A stretch of 64,000 bases of DNA, taken from Pseudomonadota bacterium. GTDB lineage: Bacteria; Pseudomonadota; Gammaproteobacteria; PS1; Pseudothioglobaceae. The DNA lies in the NCBI GenBank assembly GCA_022600805.1, contig JAHZJR010000030.1:2359-66358 (forward strand), given 5' to 3'. The translations under genes and the position numbers were made by a program. Positions 9,900-20,369 of the stretch are shown here, piece by piece. The notes beneath the pieces were generated by a model. That model did no database searches, was not told the origin of the DNA, and worked only from the letters and a program-made list of their open reading frames with translations. The stretch's first letter is position 1. Each line of letters begins with the position of its first letter.

Positions 9900-12548
9900 T
9901 TATACCGTCATCGGATTTGGCTTGTTAGTATTTATACCGTATTTTTCAACCGCTTGTGCAATAACTGCGCCATCCATCTCACCCTCATCAACCAAAGCTT
10001 TCAAAGAAGCTAGCACAACATAGCTAGCATCCACTTCAAAGAAATTCCTCAATGCGGCGCGAGAATCAGAGCGTCCAAAACCATCTGTACCCAAAACTTC
10101 ATACCGATTTGGCACATATTTACGCACTTGCTCAGCATAATTTCGCATATAGTCGGTAGCCACAATAACTGGCCCGCTTGCATTTTCCAAGCATTGTGTA
10201 ATGTAAGGAACCTCAGGTGTATCAGTGCTAAATCGATTAACACGATCAATGGCTTGTGCTTCACGCGTCAGTTCATTAAAACTGGTGACCGACCAGACAT
10301 CAGATTTAACATTCCAGTCATCCGCCAACATTTGCGCAGCTACCTCTACCTCTCTAAGAATCGTGCCTGAGCCCATCAATTGAACTTGTAGATCACCTGT
10401 GCCCACAGTCTTAAGTGCGTACATACCTTTAATAATACCTTCTTCAACATTTTCTGGCATTTCAGGATGTGCATAAATCTCGTTCATCGTGGTAATGTAG
10501 TAGAAAATATTTTCGTTGTTCTCATACATTCGTTCCAAGCCACTGCGCACAATAACAGCTAGTTCGAACGCATAAGTTGGATCATACGACACACAATTTG
10601 GAATGGTATTGGCCACCAAATGTGAATCGCCATCTTGATGCTGAAGACCTTCACCATTTAGTGTTGTACGCCCTGCTGTGCCACCTACCAAGAAACCCTT
10701 AGCCTGCATATCGCCTGCTGCCCAAGCCAAATCGCCAACGCGCTGGAATCCAAATTTAGAATAGTAAATATAAAATGGAATCATGGTGATGTCATGTGTT
10801 GCATATGAGGTTGCAGCCGCGATCCAATCAGAGATTGCACCCGCTTCATTAATACCCTCTTGTAATACTTGACCTTTTTTATCTTCCTTGTACCACATCA
10901 CTTTATCAGAGTCTTCTGGTTGGTAAAGCTGACCAGAAGCTGAATAAATACCCAACTGCCTGAATAAACCTTCCATACCAAATGTACGTGCTTCATCTGG
11001 CACAATTGGCACAATTTTAGGCCCCAATTGCTTATCACGAACCAAAAGTGTCATGATGCGATTTAAAGCCATTGTGGTTGACATTTCACGATCACCACTA
11101 GATTTTAGTAGTGCCTCAAACACGCTTAATTCTGGCGCTTTAATCGCCTCTAAATTAAACGATCTAACTGGCAAAGATCCGCCCAATTGCTGGCGTTTTT
11201 GCTTCATGTATTGCATTTCTGCACTGTCTTCTGCTGGCTTATAAAAGTTTAACTCCTGAACATCCGCTTCTGTGACTGGTACATTAAAGCGTTTTGCAAA
11301 ACGCTCAACCTGCTCAAGACCTAATTTTTTCTGCGAGTGTGTGGTATTTTGACCTTCGCCTGCTTCACCCATGCCGTAGCCTTTTACAGTTTTAGCTAAA
11401 ATCACTGTTGGCTTATCACTACAAGCTTTAGCTGCATGATAGGCTTGGAATACTTTAAATGGATCATGGCCACCACGATCAAGACGATAAATCTCATCGT
11501 CAGTCATGTGTTCTACCATAGCAAGTAATTCAGGATATTTCCCAAAGAAATGTTCACGTACATAAGCACCATCTTTGGCCTTGTAAGCCTGATATTCGCC
11601 ATCAACCACTTCTTCCATGCGCTTTCTTAGCAAGCCGTTGGTATCTTTAGCAAACAGCTCATCCCATTTGCCACCCCAAACAACTTTAATCACATTCCAG
11701 CCTGCACCACGGAACATGCCTTCTAATTCTTGAATAATTTTACCGTTACCACGTACAGGACCATCAAGACGCTGAAGGTTGCAATTAACCACAAAGATAA
11801 GGTTATCTAGTTTTTCGCGTCCCGCCATGGAAATGGCACCAAGTGACTCTGGCTCATCAGTTTCACCATCGCCCAAATAAGCCCAAACAGTACGCTTGTC
11901 TGTTTGCTTAATTTCGCGATGATGGAGATACTTCATAAAGCGCGCTTGATAAATAGCCATAATTGGCCCTAGACCCATAGATACCGTTGGAAATTGCCAA
12001 AAATCTGGCATTAGCCATGGGTGCGGGTAAGAGCTTAATCCACCTTCACTTGATTCTTGGCGGAACTTTAACATTTGCTCCTCGGTAATACGCCCTTCTA
12101 AAAAGGCACGTGAATATATACCCGGAGAAATATGACCTTGGAAAAAGATTAAATCAGCGCCTTGATCTGCATCAGGGCCACGATAAAAATGGTTAAAACC
12201 TACTTCATACAAAGTAGCAGATGAAGCAAATGAAGCAATATGGCCACCTAACTCATAAGGCAGTTGATTTGCTTTAACCACCATTACCATTGCATTCCAA
12301 CGCACCATGGCTGAAATCCTTGCTTCAATATCAACTTCAATATCCGTGGCAATTTCTTTGTCTTTCGCGATACTGTTTAAATATGCAGTATTAACACCTG
12401 TGGGCAATTCCATACCTTCATTGTGCGCCATATCTGTGAGCTGATTAAGAATAAATTTAGCCCTATCCTCACCTTCAAAGCGAGCAACAGACCTAAAAGC
12501 TTCTAGCCATTCTAGGGTTTCAGCTGGATCTATGTCTTGATTATTCAT
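9900..12548 (-). CDS. aceE: Pyruvate dehydrogenase E1 (homodimeric)
   Basis: GGHIASFAS, HISPGIY, TVSMGLGP, TPP motif GDGETDEPES...NCNLQRLDG, HQDG. Confidence 0.98.
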   Translation of the reverse strand: MNNQDIDPAETLEWLEAFRSVARFEGEDRAKFILNQLTDMAHNEGMELPTGVNTAYLNSIAKDKEIATDIEVDIEARISAMVRWNAMVMVVKANQLPYELGGHIASFASSATLYEVGFNHFYRGPDADQGADLIFFQGHISPGIYSRAFLEGRITEEQMLKFRQESSEGGLSSYPHPWLMPDFWQFPTVSMGLGPIMAIYQARFMKYLHHREIKQTDKRTVWAYLGDGETDEPESLGAISMAGREKLDNLIFVVNCNLQRLDGPVRGNGKIIQELEGMFRGAGWNVIKVVWGGKWDELFAKDTNGLLRKRMEEVVDGEYQAYKAKDGAYVREHFFGKYPELLAMVEHMTDDEIYRLDRGGHDPFKVFQAYHAAKACSDKPTVILAKTVKGYGMGEAGEGQNTTHSQKKLGLEQVERFAKRFNVPVTEADVQELNFYKPAEDSAEMQYMKQKRQQLGGSLPVRSFNLEAIKAPELSVFEALLKSSGDREMSTTMALNRIMTLLVRDKQLGPKIVPIVPDEARTFGMEGLFRQLGIYSASGQLYQPEDSDKVMWYKEDKKGQVLQEGINEAGAISDWIAAATSYATHDITMIPFYIYYSKFGFQRVGDLAWAAGDMQAKGFLVGGTAGRTTLNGEGLQHQDGDSHLVANTIPNCVSYDPTYAFELAVIVRSGLERMYENNENIFYYITTMNEIYAHPEMPENVEEGIIKGMYALKTVGTGDLQVQLMGSGTILREVEVAAQMLADDWNVKSDVWSVTSFNELTREAQAIDRVNRFSTDTPEVPYITQCLENASGPVIVATDYMRNYAEQVRKYVPNRYEVLGTDGFGRSDSRAALRNFFEVDASYVVLASLKALVDEGEMDGAVIAQAVEKYGINTNKPNPMTV

Positions 12549-12605
12549 AATATGATATTTTTAAAAAATAGATTAATTATCCCAAAATTAGCTGTCATTA
12601 AAACT

Positions 12606-12983
12606 TTACTTTAGAAAATATTTTGTAAATAAAAGCGTGCCTACAAAACCAAGCAATCCAAAGCCAATTTGCCATAATTCATTTGCCGGAAATAATACAA
12701 TGCCAAGCCAAGCGCCGCAAAAAAGCATTAGTAGTGGCAATATATACAATTGAAAGGCTCGATAGAATAATTCTCTAGAAGAGATTTGCAAAGTAACAAA
12801 ATCCCCAACCACCACACCAGCCTCTAACGGCTTGTTAAAAGTTGTGGCATGGTCAAAAGTGCTAGCCAGAATACCAGTACCACATCCAGCACTCGCTGAA
12901 CAACTATGACACCCACCAGAGCGATTCACTTTTAACACCATGGTTTGATTTTCAATTTCGATTACTTCAAATTTTTCTTTCAT
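12606..12983 (-). CDS. rseC: RseC/MucC-family protein
   Basis: GGCHSCSASAGCG Cys cluster, GDFV, YILPLL, and two TM helices. Confidence 0.8.
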   Translation of the reverse strand: MKEKFEVIEIENQTMVLKVNRSGGCHSCSASAGCGTGILASTFDHATTFNKPLEAGVVVGDFVTLQISSRELFYRAFQLYILPLLMLFCGAWLGIVLFPANELWQIGFGLLGFVGTLLFTKYFLK

Positions 12984-13025
12984 TGCGATTAAAATAAACT
13001 ATTTATATCAACATTTTATCAACTT

Positions 13026-14399
13026 ATGGGCGTCTCACCATCAATCTTTAAAGCTTACGATATCCGTGGAATTGTTGAGCAAGAACTAACCCCTGAAACA
13101 GTTCGTCTGATCGGTTTAGCGATTGGCAGTGAGTCCATTGCTCAAGGTGAACGCGGGGTTGTAGTTGGTCGAGATGGTCGACTCAGTGGTCCAGATTTAA
13201 TAAAATCCTTGAAAACAGGACTCAAACAAAGCGGTTGTCATGTGGTAGATATTGGCATGGTGCCAACACCTCTAGTATATTTTGCCACTTACACGAAAGC
13301 AGCAACTTCAGGTGTTATGATCACCGGCTCTCACAATCCACCAGAGTACAACGGTTTTAAAATTATGATTGCTGGCGAAACACTGTCAGGCGATCGCATT
13401 CAAGCACTTTACCAACGCATTCAAAATCAACATTTTAGCTCAGGCCATGGTACCTCAACCAAGGTTGATATTGAAAGCGACTATATTGATCGAGTTAAAT
13501 CTGATGTCAAACTTAGCAAGCCACTAAATATTGTGGTAGATTGTGGCAATGGTGTTGCTGGCAATATTGCGCCTAAATTATTTGAACAACTTGGTGCGAA
13601 AGTCACTAAATTATTTTGTTTAGTTGATGGCAATTTTCCCAATCATCACCCCGACCCGTCCAAACTTCATAATCTAGAAGATGTTATCAAAGAGGTGATT
13701 GATACTGGTGCAGATATGGGTTTTGCCTTTGATGGCGATGGTGATCGTCTAGGCTTGATTGACAACAAGGGTAATGTTATTTGGGCTGACAGACAGATGA
13801 TTCTTTATTCAAGAGATATTCTTAATCGCAATCCTGGTGCCAAAATTGTCTTTGATGTGAAGTGCTCTTCTTTGCTACCTAAAGATATCACTGAACATGG
13901 TGGTGACGCTATTATGTCACGCACAGGTCATAGTTTTATTAAAGCTAAGCTTAAGGAAACAGGGGCGGCACTCGGCGGTGAAATGAGTGGCCATATTTTC
14001 TTTAAAGAACGCTGGTACGGCTTTGATGATGCACTTTATACAGGTGCACGTTTATTGGAAATCCTCTCAAAAACAGATCAAACCTGCGAACAGGTTTTTG
14101 CCGATTTGCCAGATAGTATCAACACACCAGAAATTAACATTCACTTTGACAAGCAAGGCGATCAATTTAAAGCCATGGATAAACTCGCTGAAAATGTAGA
14201 TTTTAAAGGCGCCGAGATTACTACTATTGATGGCGTTCGAGTTGACTATTCAAATGGCTGGGGCTTGGTTCGCCCTTCTAATACCACACCATGTTTAGTA
14301 TTGCGCTTTGAAGCAGATAACCAGCAAACCTTAGAAGATATTCAAGCAAAATTCAAAACTTGGCTAAAGGCTAATAATATTTCTATCAAAGACTTCTGA
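13026..14399 (+). CDS. algC: Phosphomannomutase/phosphoglucomutase
   Basis: IFKAYDIRG, catalytic ITGSHNP, metal loop FDGDGDR, GEMSGH. Confidence 0.93.
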   Translation: MGVSPSIFKAYDIRGIVEQELTPETVRLIGLAIGSESIAQGERGVVVGRDGRLSGPDLIKSLKTGLKQSGCHVVDIGMVPTPLVYFATYTKAATSGVMITGSHNPPEYNGFKIMIAGETLSGDRIQALYQRIQNQHFSSGHGTSTKVDIESDYIDRVKSDVKLSKPLNIVVDCGNGVAGNIAPKLFEQLGAKVTKLFCLVDGNFPNHHPDPSKLHNLEDVIKEVIDTGADMGFAFDGDGDRLGLIDNKGNVIWADRQMILYSRDILNRNPGAKIVFDVKCSSLLPKDITEHGGDAIMSRTGHSFIKAKLKETGAALGGEMSGHIFFKERWYGFDDALYTGARLLEILSKTDQTCEQVFADLPDSINTPEINIHFDKQGDQFKAMDKLAENVDFKGAEITTIDGVRVDYSNGWGLVRPSNTTPCLVLRFEADNQQTLEDIQAKFKTWLKANNISIKDF

Positions 14400-14562
14400 T
14401 TTTAAAAATTTACCAAATTTTTAAAAAAATCTTTTCTTGGACATTTTAAAATCATAAAAACTTCTAAAAAAGGTTGTTTTTTAGCCTTAAATCAGCCTTT
14501 TAAAGCCAATTAGATTGATTTTTTTTGGCCTATTTTTGTTCATTTTAAAAATTTATGAAATT

Positions 14563-15441
14563 TTAAAAGCTTAATGTTGAGGTGACACTGTATTCATCCC
14601 CTTGATAAGTGAATGACAAATGATGGGCTTGCAACATAAGCCTTGATGCGCCGGTTAATTTAACCCTATCTTCTTTAGACAAAGTTTTAGATAGGTAATC
14701 GTTAGCGATTGACTCATTCACGCCGTATAGCGGATCGCCTAAAATTGAATGCCCTATAAAATCAAGATGTACACGTATTTGATGCTGCCGACCTGTAACA
14801 GGGATAGCTTTAACCAAAGTCGTATCATTAGCTTTGTTAAATACTAAAGGCTCGATGTGTGTCGTCGATGCTTTGCCTTCAGGCACGTCACAAGTCATTT
14901 TCATGCGAATATCGCCATTCGCTTTTGCAATGGGCTGATCAATAGTAACCTTATGACACATTTCACCTTTAACCAAGGCTAAATATTCTTTGTCATATTG
15001 TCGATGTTCAAACATGGTTTTAAGCACACTGCTGGCTGGTTTATTTTTAGCCACCAACACTAAGCCAGAGGTTTCTGCATCTATCCGATGAGCTAAACTT
15101 GCCTCATCACCAAAATAATATCTGACTTCATCTAATAGGCAATACTGAGTTTCCTTGCGAGTGGGATGCACCATAACCCCTGAAGGCTTATCAAAGATTG
15201 CAAAATCTTCAACCTCAAAGATGGGCTTTAAACCCCGAGTGCTACCTTCAAATACAGCTACCTGAACAAACTTGCCGCTAATTTTTTGACCATTTTTTAA
15301 AATTTGATTATGATCATCAAACACTCTATTTTTAGATAAAAGTTTTTGTGATAAAGACATGGTCATCCCTGCTTCATTCACTAAAAAATGCTGAATTTTT
15401 TCACCAGGAATAACTTGATATTTTTTTAATACAAATGGCAT
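14563..15441 (-). CDS. RluA-family RNA pseudouridine synthase
   Basis: DKPSGVMVHP, catalytic HRIDAETSG, TGRQHQIRVH, ILGDPLYG, LMLQA. Confidence 0.9.
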   Translation of the reverse strand: MPFVLKKYQVIPGEKIQHFLVNEAGMTMSLSQKLLSKNRVFDDHNQILKNGQKISGKFVQVAVFEGSTRGLKPIFEVEDFAIFDKPSGVMVHPTRKETQYCLLDEVRYYFGDEASLAHRIDAETSGLVLVAKNKPASSVLKTMFEHRQYDKEYLALVKGEMCHKVTIDQPIAKANGDIRMKMTCDVPEGKASTTHIEPLVFNKANDTTLVKAIPVTGRQHQIRVHLDFIGHSILGDPLYGVNESIANDYLSKTLSKEDRVKLTGASRLMLQAHHLSFTYQGDEYSVTSTLSF

Positions 15442-15463
15442 GATGCGCCTTGTGAAAAAACTT

Positions 15464-16816
15464 TTATATAACTAATGCAGCCAAACCTAAAAACGCAACA
15501 AATCCGATCACATCGGTAATGGTGGTTAAGATAACACCGCCTGCTAATGCTGGGTCAATTTTAAATTTAATTAGCAAGGAAGGTAAAAAGGCACCCGAAA
15601 AAGCGGCAAATATAAGGTTGACAACAATCGCTGAAGCAATCACCAAACTAAGAATTAAATCTGCAAACCAGAGATATGTTGCCAAGCCAATGACGACCGA
15701 CCAAAGCATGCCATTTAATACGCCAATAGCCGCTTCTTTGCTCATTAAAACTTTTAAATTAGAGGTAGTCACTCTGCCGGTCGCAATGCCTCGGGTAACC
15801 AAAATAAGCGTTTGTGTGCCTGCAATACCGCCCATAGAAGCAACCACCGGCATTAACACAGCCAGCGCAATTTTTTCTTGCAAAGTGGCCTCAAATAAAC
15901 CGATAAAAAATACAGCAATAAATACCGTAATCAAGTTGACACCTAGCCAAATACTGCGACTTTTAATACTTTGGATTGCAGGCGCAAACACATCGTCTTC
16001 TTCATCAAGTCCTGCCATTGACATAACAGAGTGTTCAGCTTCGTCACGAATAACATCCACCACATCATCAATGGTGATACGGCCAATCAGTTGATTATCT
16101 TTATCAATAACTGGCGCTGAAATCAGATCTCGTTGCTCAAATAAACTAGCCACTTCTTGTTTAGGGGCGTCTGCAAGAATAGGCTTGAGTGTTTTATTAA
16201 TTAAGGGACTGATATTCTGTTCAGCCTCGTTAGTTAATAAAGTGGAGATATGAATAGCGCCAATATATTTATACGACCTATCCACAACAAACACCTTATC
16301 AGTATCATTTGGCATTTCTTTTAGCAGGCGCAAATACCGAATCACGGTACCTACATTAACATCATCACGTACCGTGATTATGTCAATATTCATCAAACCG
16401 CCAGCTGAATCTTCAGGATAAGATAATACTTGCTTCAAGTGATCTCGATGCTTATGATCAAGTGTCAGCAATAAATTATGTAGGGCAGATTCGGGTAATT
16501 TTGGCACAATATCTGCCAAATCATCCATATCCAAACCTTCAGTAGCCTTGACAATTTCGCTAACACTCATCTCATTAAGCAACTGAGATACAACATCTTC
16601 GCTTAAATCTTTTAGAATATCGCCTTGAGTCGCACTATCAATATTTGACCAAAGTTTAACGCGATCTTTTGGTGGCACACTTTCTAATAAACGAGCAATT
16701 TCAGCCGAGTGCAAATTGGATAGTTGGGAGGTAGCTTCTTCATACAAAGAAGCCTCCAAAGATGTCATTAATCTTTGAAGGCACTCTTCGAAAGAAGTAT
16801 TTTCAACTTCTGACAT
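15464..16816 (-). CDS. mgtE: Magnesium transporter MgtE
   Basis: YPEDSAGGLM, CBS pair, GRITIDDV, MPVVASMGGIAGTQ, DPALAGG, TTITDVIG. Confidence 0.95.
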   Translation of the reverse strand: MSEVENTSFEECLQRLMTSLEASLYEEATSQLSNLHSAEIARLLESVPPKDRVKLWSNIDSATQGDILKDLSEDVVSQLLNEMSVSEIVKATEGLDMDDLADIVPKLPESALHNLLLTLDHKHRDHLKQVLSYPEDSAGGLMNIDIITVRDDVNVGTVIRYLRLLKEMPNDTDKVFVVDRSYKYIGAIHISTLLTNEAEQNISPLINKTLKPILADAPKQEVASLFEQRDLISAPVIDKDNQLIGRITIDDVVDVIRDEAEHSVMSMAGLDEEDDVFAPAIQSIKSRSIWLGVNLITVFIAVFFIGLFEATLQEKIALAVLMPVVASMGGIAGTQTLILVTRGIATGRVTTSNLKVLMSKEAAIGVLNGMLWSVVIGLATYLWFADLILSLVIASAIVVNLIFAAFSGAFLPSLLIKFKIDPALAGGVILTTITDVIGFVAFLGLAALVI

Positions 16817-16877
16817 TGGTTTTATATTCCTAGTGAATCACGCTAAAGACAGTACGCCGTTAGCATTTGTGTATGTT

Positions 16878-17174
16878 TTAGTTTTTCCTATGATCGTTTA
16901 ATTTTTCTTTATGCTTTCTAATTTGGGCATCAAGCTTATTAACCATCTTATCAATAGATACATACATATCATCACTCTCTGCCTTGGCAAATAAATCTGC
17001 ACCACTCACATGAAGAGTAGCTTCCGCTTTTTGGGTATCTTTTTCAATGCCTAAAATCATATTAATATTAATCACATGATCAAAGTGATGTTTAATTTTA
17101 GCGAGTTTTTCTTCAGAGTGTTGCTTGATCGCATCGGTGATATCAAGATGATGGCCAGAAATGTTTAATTGCAT
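16878..17174 (-). CDS. hpf: Ribosome hibernation promoting factor (short HPF)
   Basis: MQLNISGHHLDITDAIK...AEATLHV...DMYVSID. Start set at ATG 17174, after AAGGAG. Confidence 0.92.
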   Translation of the reverse strand: MQLNISGHHLDITDAIKQHSEEKLAKIKHHFDHVININMILGIEKDTQKAEATLHVSGADLFAKAESDDMYVSIDKMVNKLDAQIRKHKEKLNDHRKN

Positions 17175-17271
17175 GCATGCTCCTTTATTAGTTATAAAAT
17201 GCACTTATATTGTGGCACAACTTTCTTACCAATATCAGCCTATTTATTAGTTTTTTAGACAAATAAAAACG

Positions 17272-17299
17272 TTCACAAAAGCTCTTTTACGTATATAAT
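17272..17299 (+). promoter_or_regulatory. Putative sigma70 promoter of the 67-aa gene
   Basis: TTCACA-16 nt-TATAAT. Confidence 0.55.
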
Positions 17300-17335
17300 A
17301 ATGCTTTTTACCTATTTAATATTCAGGAGATTAAG

Positions 17336-17539
17336 ATGGACGCAATAAGTCAACAAGCTAATGAATTAAGTGCAAAGAAAATTGCCTTACAAGAAACTTT
17401 TAAAATACACACAGCTGAAAATGGTTTTTCATATGAAGAATGGATCAATCCACCAGCAGGCTCTTTCTACGAAAATTACAAGAAAGATTTAGCAGAAGTC
17501 GATAATGAAATGGCTCCGCCACTACAATACCAGTCGTAA
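17336..17539 (+). CDS. Small acidic hypothetical protein (67 aa)
   Basis: CAGGAGA RBS, an upstream promoter and a downstream terminator. Confidence 0.8.
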   Translation: MDAISQQANELSAKKIALQETFKIHTAENGFSYEEWINPPAGSFYENYKKDLAEVDNEMAPPLQYQS

Positions 17540-17560
17540 TTTAAACTTCTGATTGGTATA

Positions 17561-17583
17561 AAAGCCCCGCTAGGGGCTTTTTT
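17561..17583 (+). terminator. Rho-independent terminator
   Basis: AAAGCCCC-GCTA-GGGGCTTT followed by TTT. Confidence 0.85.
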
Positions 17584-17604
17584 GCTTTTAAAGGAAAAAT
17601 CATC

Positions 17605-18762
17605 ATGTCTTATTTAATGTCAAACTATGCGCCACTGCCCGTTACTTTTGTTAAAGGTGATGGTTGCTACTTAACAGATGACAAAGGGGATATCTACTTA
17701 GATGCATTATGTGGTGTTGCTGTCACCGGCCTTGGACATTCTCATCCTAAAATTTCTAAAGCAATCCAATCACAAGCACAGCAATTACTTCACACCAGCA
17801 ATTGGTATCATATACAGCATCAAGAAACATTGGCCGAAGTCTTATGTAAACTAGCCGATATGGACGGCGCTTTTTTTAGCAATTCCGGTGCTGAAGCTAA
17901 CGAAGCAGCCATCAAAATTGCCCGCTTACATGCGCATGCGAATCAGATTGATGAGCCGATTATTCTCACCGCCAAACAAAGCTTTCATGGTCGAACAATG
18001 GCAACCTTATCAGCCACAGGTAATCCTAAAGTTCAGGCAGGGTTCTCCCCTTTAGTTAGTGAATTTATTCATATCAATTTTAATGATATTAAAGCTATTC
18101 AGGCTTATGAAGATAATCCTCAAATTAGCGCTATCATGCTTGAACCCATTCAAGGTGAAAGTGGTGTGATTGTGCCTGATGCAAACTATTTGAATCAGGT
18201 TCAAGAAATTTGTCAAAAAAATAACTGGCTACTAATTCTAGATGAAGTGCAAACGGGGATTGGCCGTACAGGAAAAATGTTTGCACATCAATACAATCAA
18301 ATTACCCCTGACATACTTACTCTTGCAAAAGGCTTGGGCAACGGTGTCCCAATTGGCGCCTGCCTTGCTAAAGGTAAAGCTGCTAAACTATTAACACCAG
18401 GAACACACGGTTCTACTTTTGGTGGAAATCCACTAGTTTGTCGCGTGGCTTTAGAAGTGCTAAATGTGATTAAACAGGATGATATTTTGCATAATGTTAA
18501 TCTGATGAGTGACTATATCACCGCGCGGTTTACTGACCAATTACATACTGTTGATAGTGTCTTAGAGATACGTTCAAAAGGCTTAATGATTGCTATTGAA
18601 CTGACGAAAGACTGCTCGCAACTATTACAACAAGCATTGGATAAAAAAGTATTAATCAATATTACAGGTCAGTCTATTCGACTACTACCGCCACTCATTA
18701 TCAATAAAGAGCAAGCGGATGAAATGGTTGATACAATTTGTCAATTAGTTAGCGAACTTTAG
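17605..18762 (+). CDS. argD: Acetylornithine aminotransferase
   Basis: FFSNSGAEANEAAIK, SFHGRT, ILDEVQTGIGRTG, TLAKGLGNG, HGSTFGGNP; directly upstream of argF. Confidence 0.93.
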   Translation: MSYLMSNYAPLPVTFVKGDGCYLTDDKGDIYLDALCGVAVTGLGHSHPKISKAIQSQAQQLLHTSNWYHIQHQETLAEVLCKLADMDGAFFSNSGAEANEAAIKIARLHAHANQIDEPIILTAKQSFHGRTMATLSATGNPKVQAGFSPLVSEFIHINFNDIKAIQAYEDNPQISAIMLEPIQGESGVIVPDANYLNQVQEICQKNNWLLILDEVQTGIGRTGKMFAHQYNQITPDILTLAKGLGNGVPIGACLAKGKAAKLLTPGTHGSTFGGNPLVCRVALEVLNVIKQDDILHNVNLMSDYITARFTDQLHTVDSVLEIRSKGLMIAIELTKDCSQLLQQALDKKVLINITGQSIRLLPPLIINKEQADEMVDTICQLVSEL

Positions 18763-18778
18763 CCGACGGAGAGAAATA

Positions 18779-19675
18779 ATGAAGCATTTTATTAATTTGG
18801 ACGATTTATCAAACCATGATTTAACCGGTATTATTGATAATGCTATTGCCTTAAAAAAACAACATCAAGCGGGTGAGATTAATCAGCAGCTAAAAAATAA
18901 AACATTGGCTATGATTTTTGACAAATCTTCCACACGTACGCGAGTCTCTTTTGAAGCTGGTATGACTCAATTAGGTGGTCACGCTCTGTTTTTATCTGAC
19001 CGTGATATCCAGCTAGGACGTGGCGAACCTGTCAAAGATACAGCAATTGTAATTAGCTCTATGGTTGATATTATTATGATGAGAGTTTCTTCTCATGATG
19101 ACATCAACATTTTTGCAAACAATGGCTCTGTACCAATTATTAACGCTTTGAGTGATGAGTCTCACCCTTGTCAGCTTTTAGCCGATATGATGACCTATCA
19201 AGAGCACAAAGGCTCAATTCAAGGAAAAACAGTTGCCTGGATTGGTGATGGTAATAATATGTGTCATACTTATATGCAGGCTGCTAAAGCGTTTGGCTTT
19301 AAACTAAATATTGCTACACCCAAAGGTTATGAGCCTGAACAAGAGTTTATTGACAATTATTCAGAATATATCTCATTATTCAATCAAGCCAGTGAAGCTT
19401 GTAAGCAGGCTGACCTAGTGGTTACTGATGTTTGGGCTTCTATGGGCCAAGAGGCTGAACAAAAGAAACGCGAACTCGCTTTTAAAGAATTCCAGGTAGA
19501 TCAAAATTTAATGAAAAATGCCAATTCTGATGCTAGTTTCATGCACTGCCTACCTGCCCACCGGGGAGAAGAAGTGGCTAGCGAAGTGATTGATGGCAAG
19601 CAAAGTCTGGTTTGGGATGAAGCTGAAAATCGCTTGCACGCTCAAAAAGCTTTATTACTATACTTATTGGATTAA
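18779..19675 (+). CDS. argF: Ornithine carbamoyltransferase
   Basis: KSSTRTRVSF, HPCQ, DVWASMG, HCLP. Confidence 0.97.
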   Translation: MKHFINLDDLSNHDLTGIIDNAIALKKQHQAGEINQQLKNKTLAMIFDKSSTRTRVSFEAGMTQLGGHALFLSDRDIQLGRGEPVKDTAIVISSMVDIIMMRVSSHDDINIFANNGSVPIINALSDESHPCQLLADMMTYQEHKGSIQGKTVAWIGDGNNMCHTYMQAAKAFGFKLNIATPKGYEPEQEFIDNYSEYISLFNQASEACKQADLVVTDVWASMGQEAEQKKRELAFKEFQVDQNLMKNANSDASFMHCLPAHRGEEVASEVIDGKQSLVWDEAENRLHAQKALLLYLLD

Positions 19676-19679
19676 AAGG

Positions 19680-20369
19680 TTATTTATCTAAGCTTTTCAT
19701 AGCTGTTTGATAAAACTTTACCCCACGCTCAATTTTATCTCGACCACGAGATTCACGCCAACGATTGGTATCTCTCAAGGAATAAACGCAGCCACAATAT
19801 TCTTGCTGATAAAACGCTTCGCGTTTTGACAATTCCAACATTCTAGATGAGCCGCCCTGCTTTCGCCAATTAAAATCCCAATATACAATATCAGGATAAG
19901 GATTAGCTGCTCGAGCACCACAGCCATTAATTTGCCCCATATCTTTCCAGCGAGAAATACCTAATGTCGAAGAAATTAAATCAAACCCATGTGCTTGAGC
20001 ATACTGAGCGGTTCTTTCAAATCGCATATCGAAACATGTGGTACAACGGGCGCCACGCTCCGGCTCATCTTCTTGACCTTTGATGCGTTCAAACCAGTTG
20101 TCTTTATCATAGTCTGCATCAACAAAAGGCATGCCAAGTTTTTCTGCAAAACGAATATTTTCTTCTTTACGTAATAAGTATTCCTCTTGAGGATGAATAT
20201 TTGGGTTATAAAAAAAGATAGTTGTATCAATATCAGAAGCAGCTAATGCCTCCATAATTTCACCCGCACATGGTGCACAACAAGAATGCATAAGTAGTTT
20301 TTTCTCGCCGTTTGGGGTTTGCAATTTTGGACGCTTAAAGCCATCCAAACTGTAATCTACTGTAGGCAT
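19680..20369 (-). CDS. queH: Epoxyqueuosine reductase QueH (DUF208)
   Basis: [38 protein letters not shown] 20369 preferred over 20396. Confidence 0.9.
   Translation of the reverse strand: MPTVDYSLDGFKRPKLQTPNGEKKLLMHSCCAPCAGEIMEALAASDIDTTIFFYNPNIHPQEEYLLRKEENIRFAEKLGMPFVDADYDKDNWFERIKGQEDEPERGARCTTCFDMRFERTAQYAQAHGFDLISSTLGISRWKDMGQINGCGARAANPYPDIVYWDFNWRKQGGSSRMLELSKREAFYQQEYCGCVYSLRDTNRWRESRGRDKIERGVKFYQTAMKSLDK

Noticed and set aside
14400-14562. AT-rich gap between algC and the RluA gene
   Set aside because: No identifiable protein remnant, RNA motif or strong hairpin.
15519-16094. 191-aa ORF antisense to mgtE, and the many other short nested or antisense ORFs in the track
   Set aside because: They are shadows of well-supported genes, with no RBS or recognisable motifs.
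19680-20369. queH plus queE as a deazaguanine DNA-modification (dpd) system
   Set aside because: The genes are dispersed in housekeeping context with no dpdA-K neighbours; ordinary queuosine synthesis.
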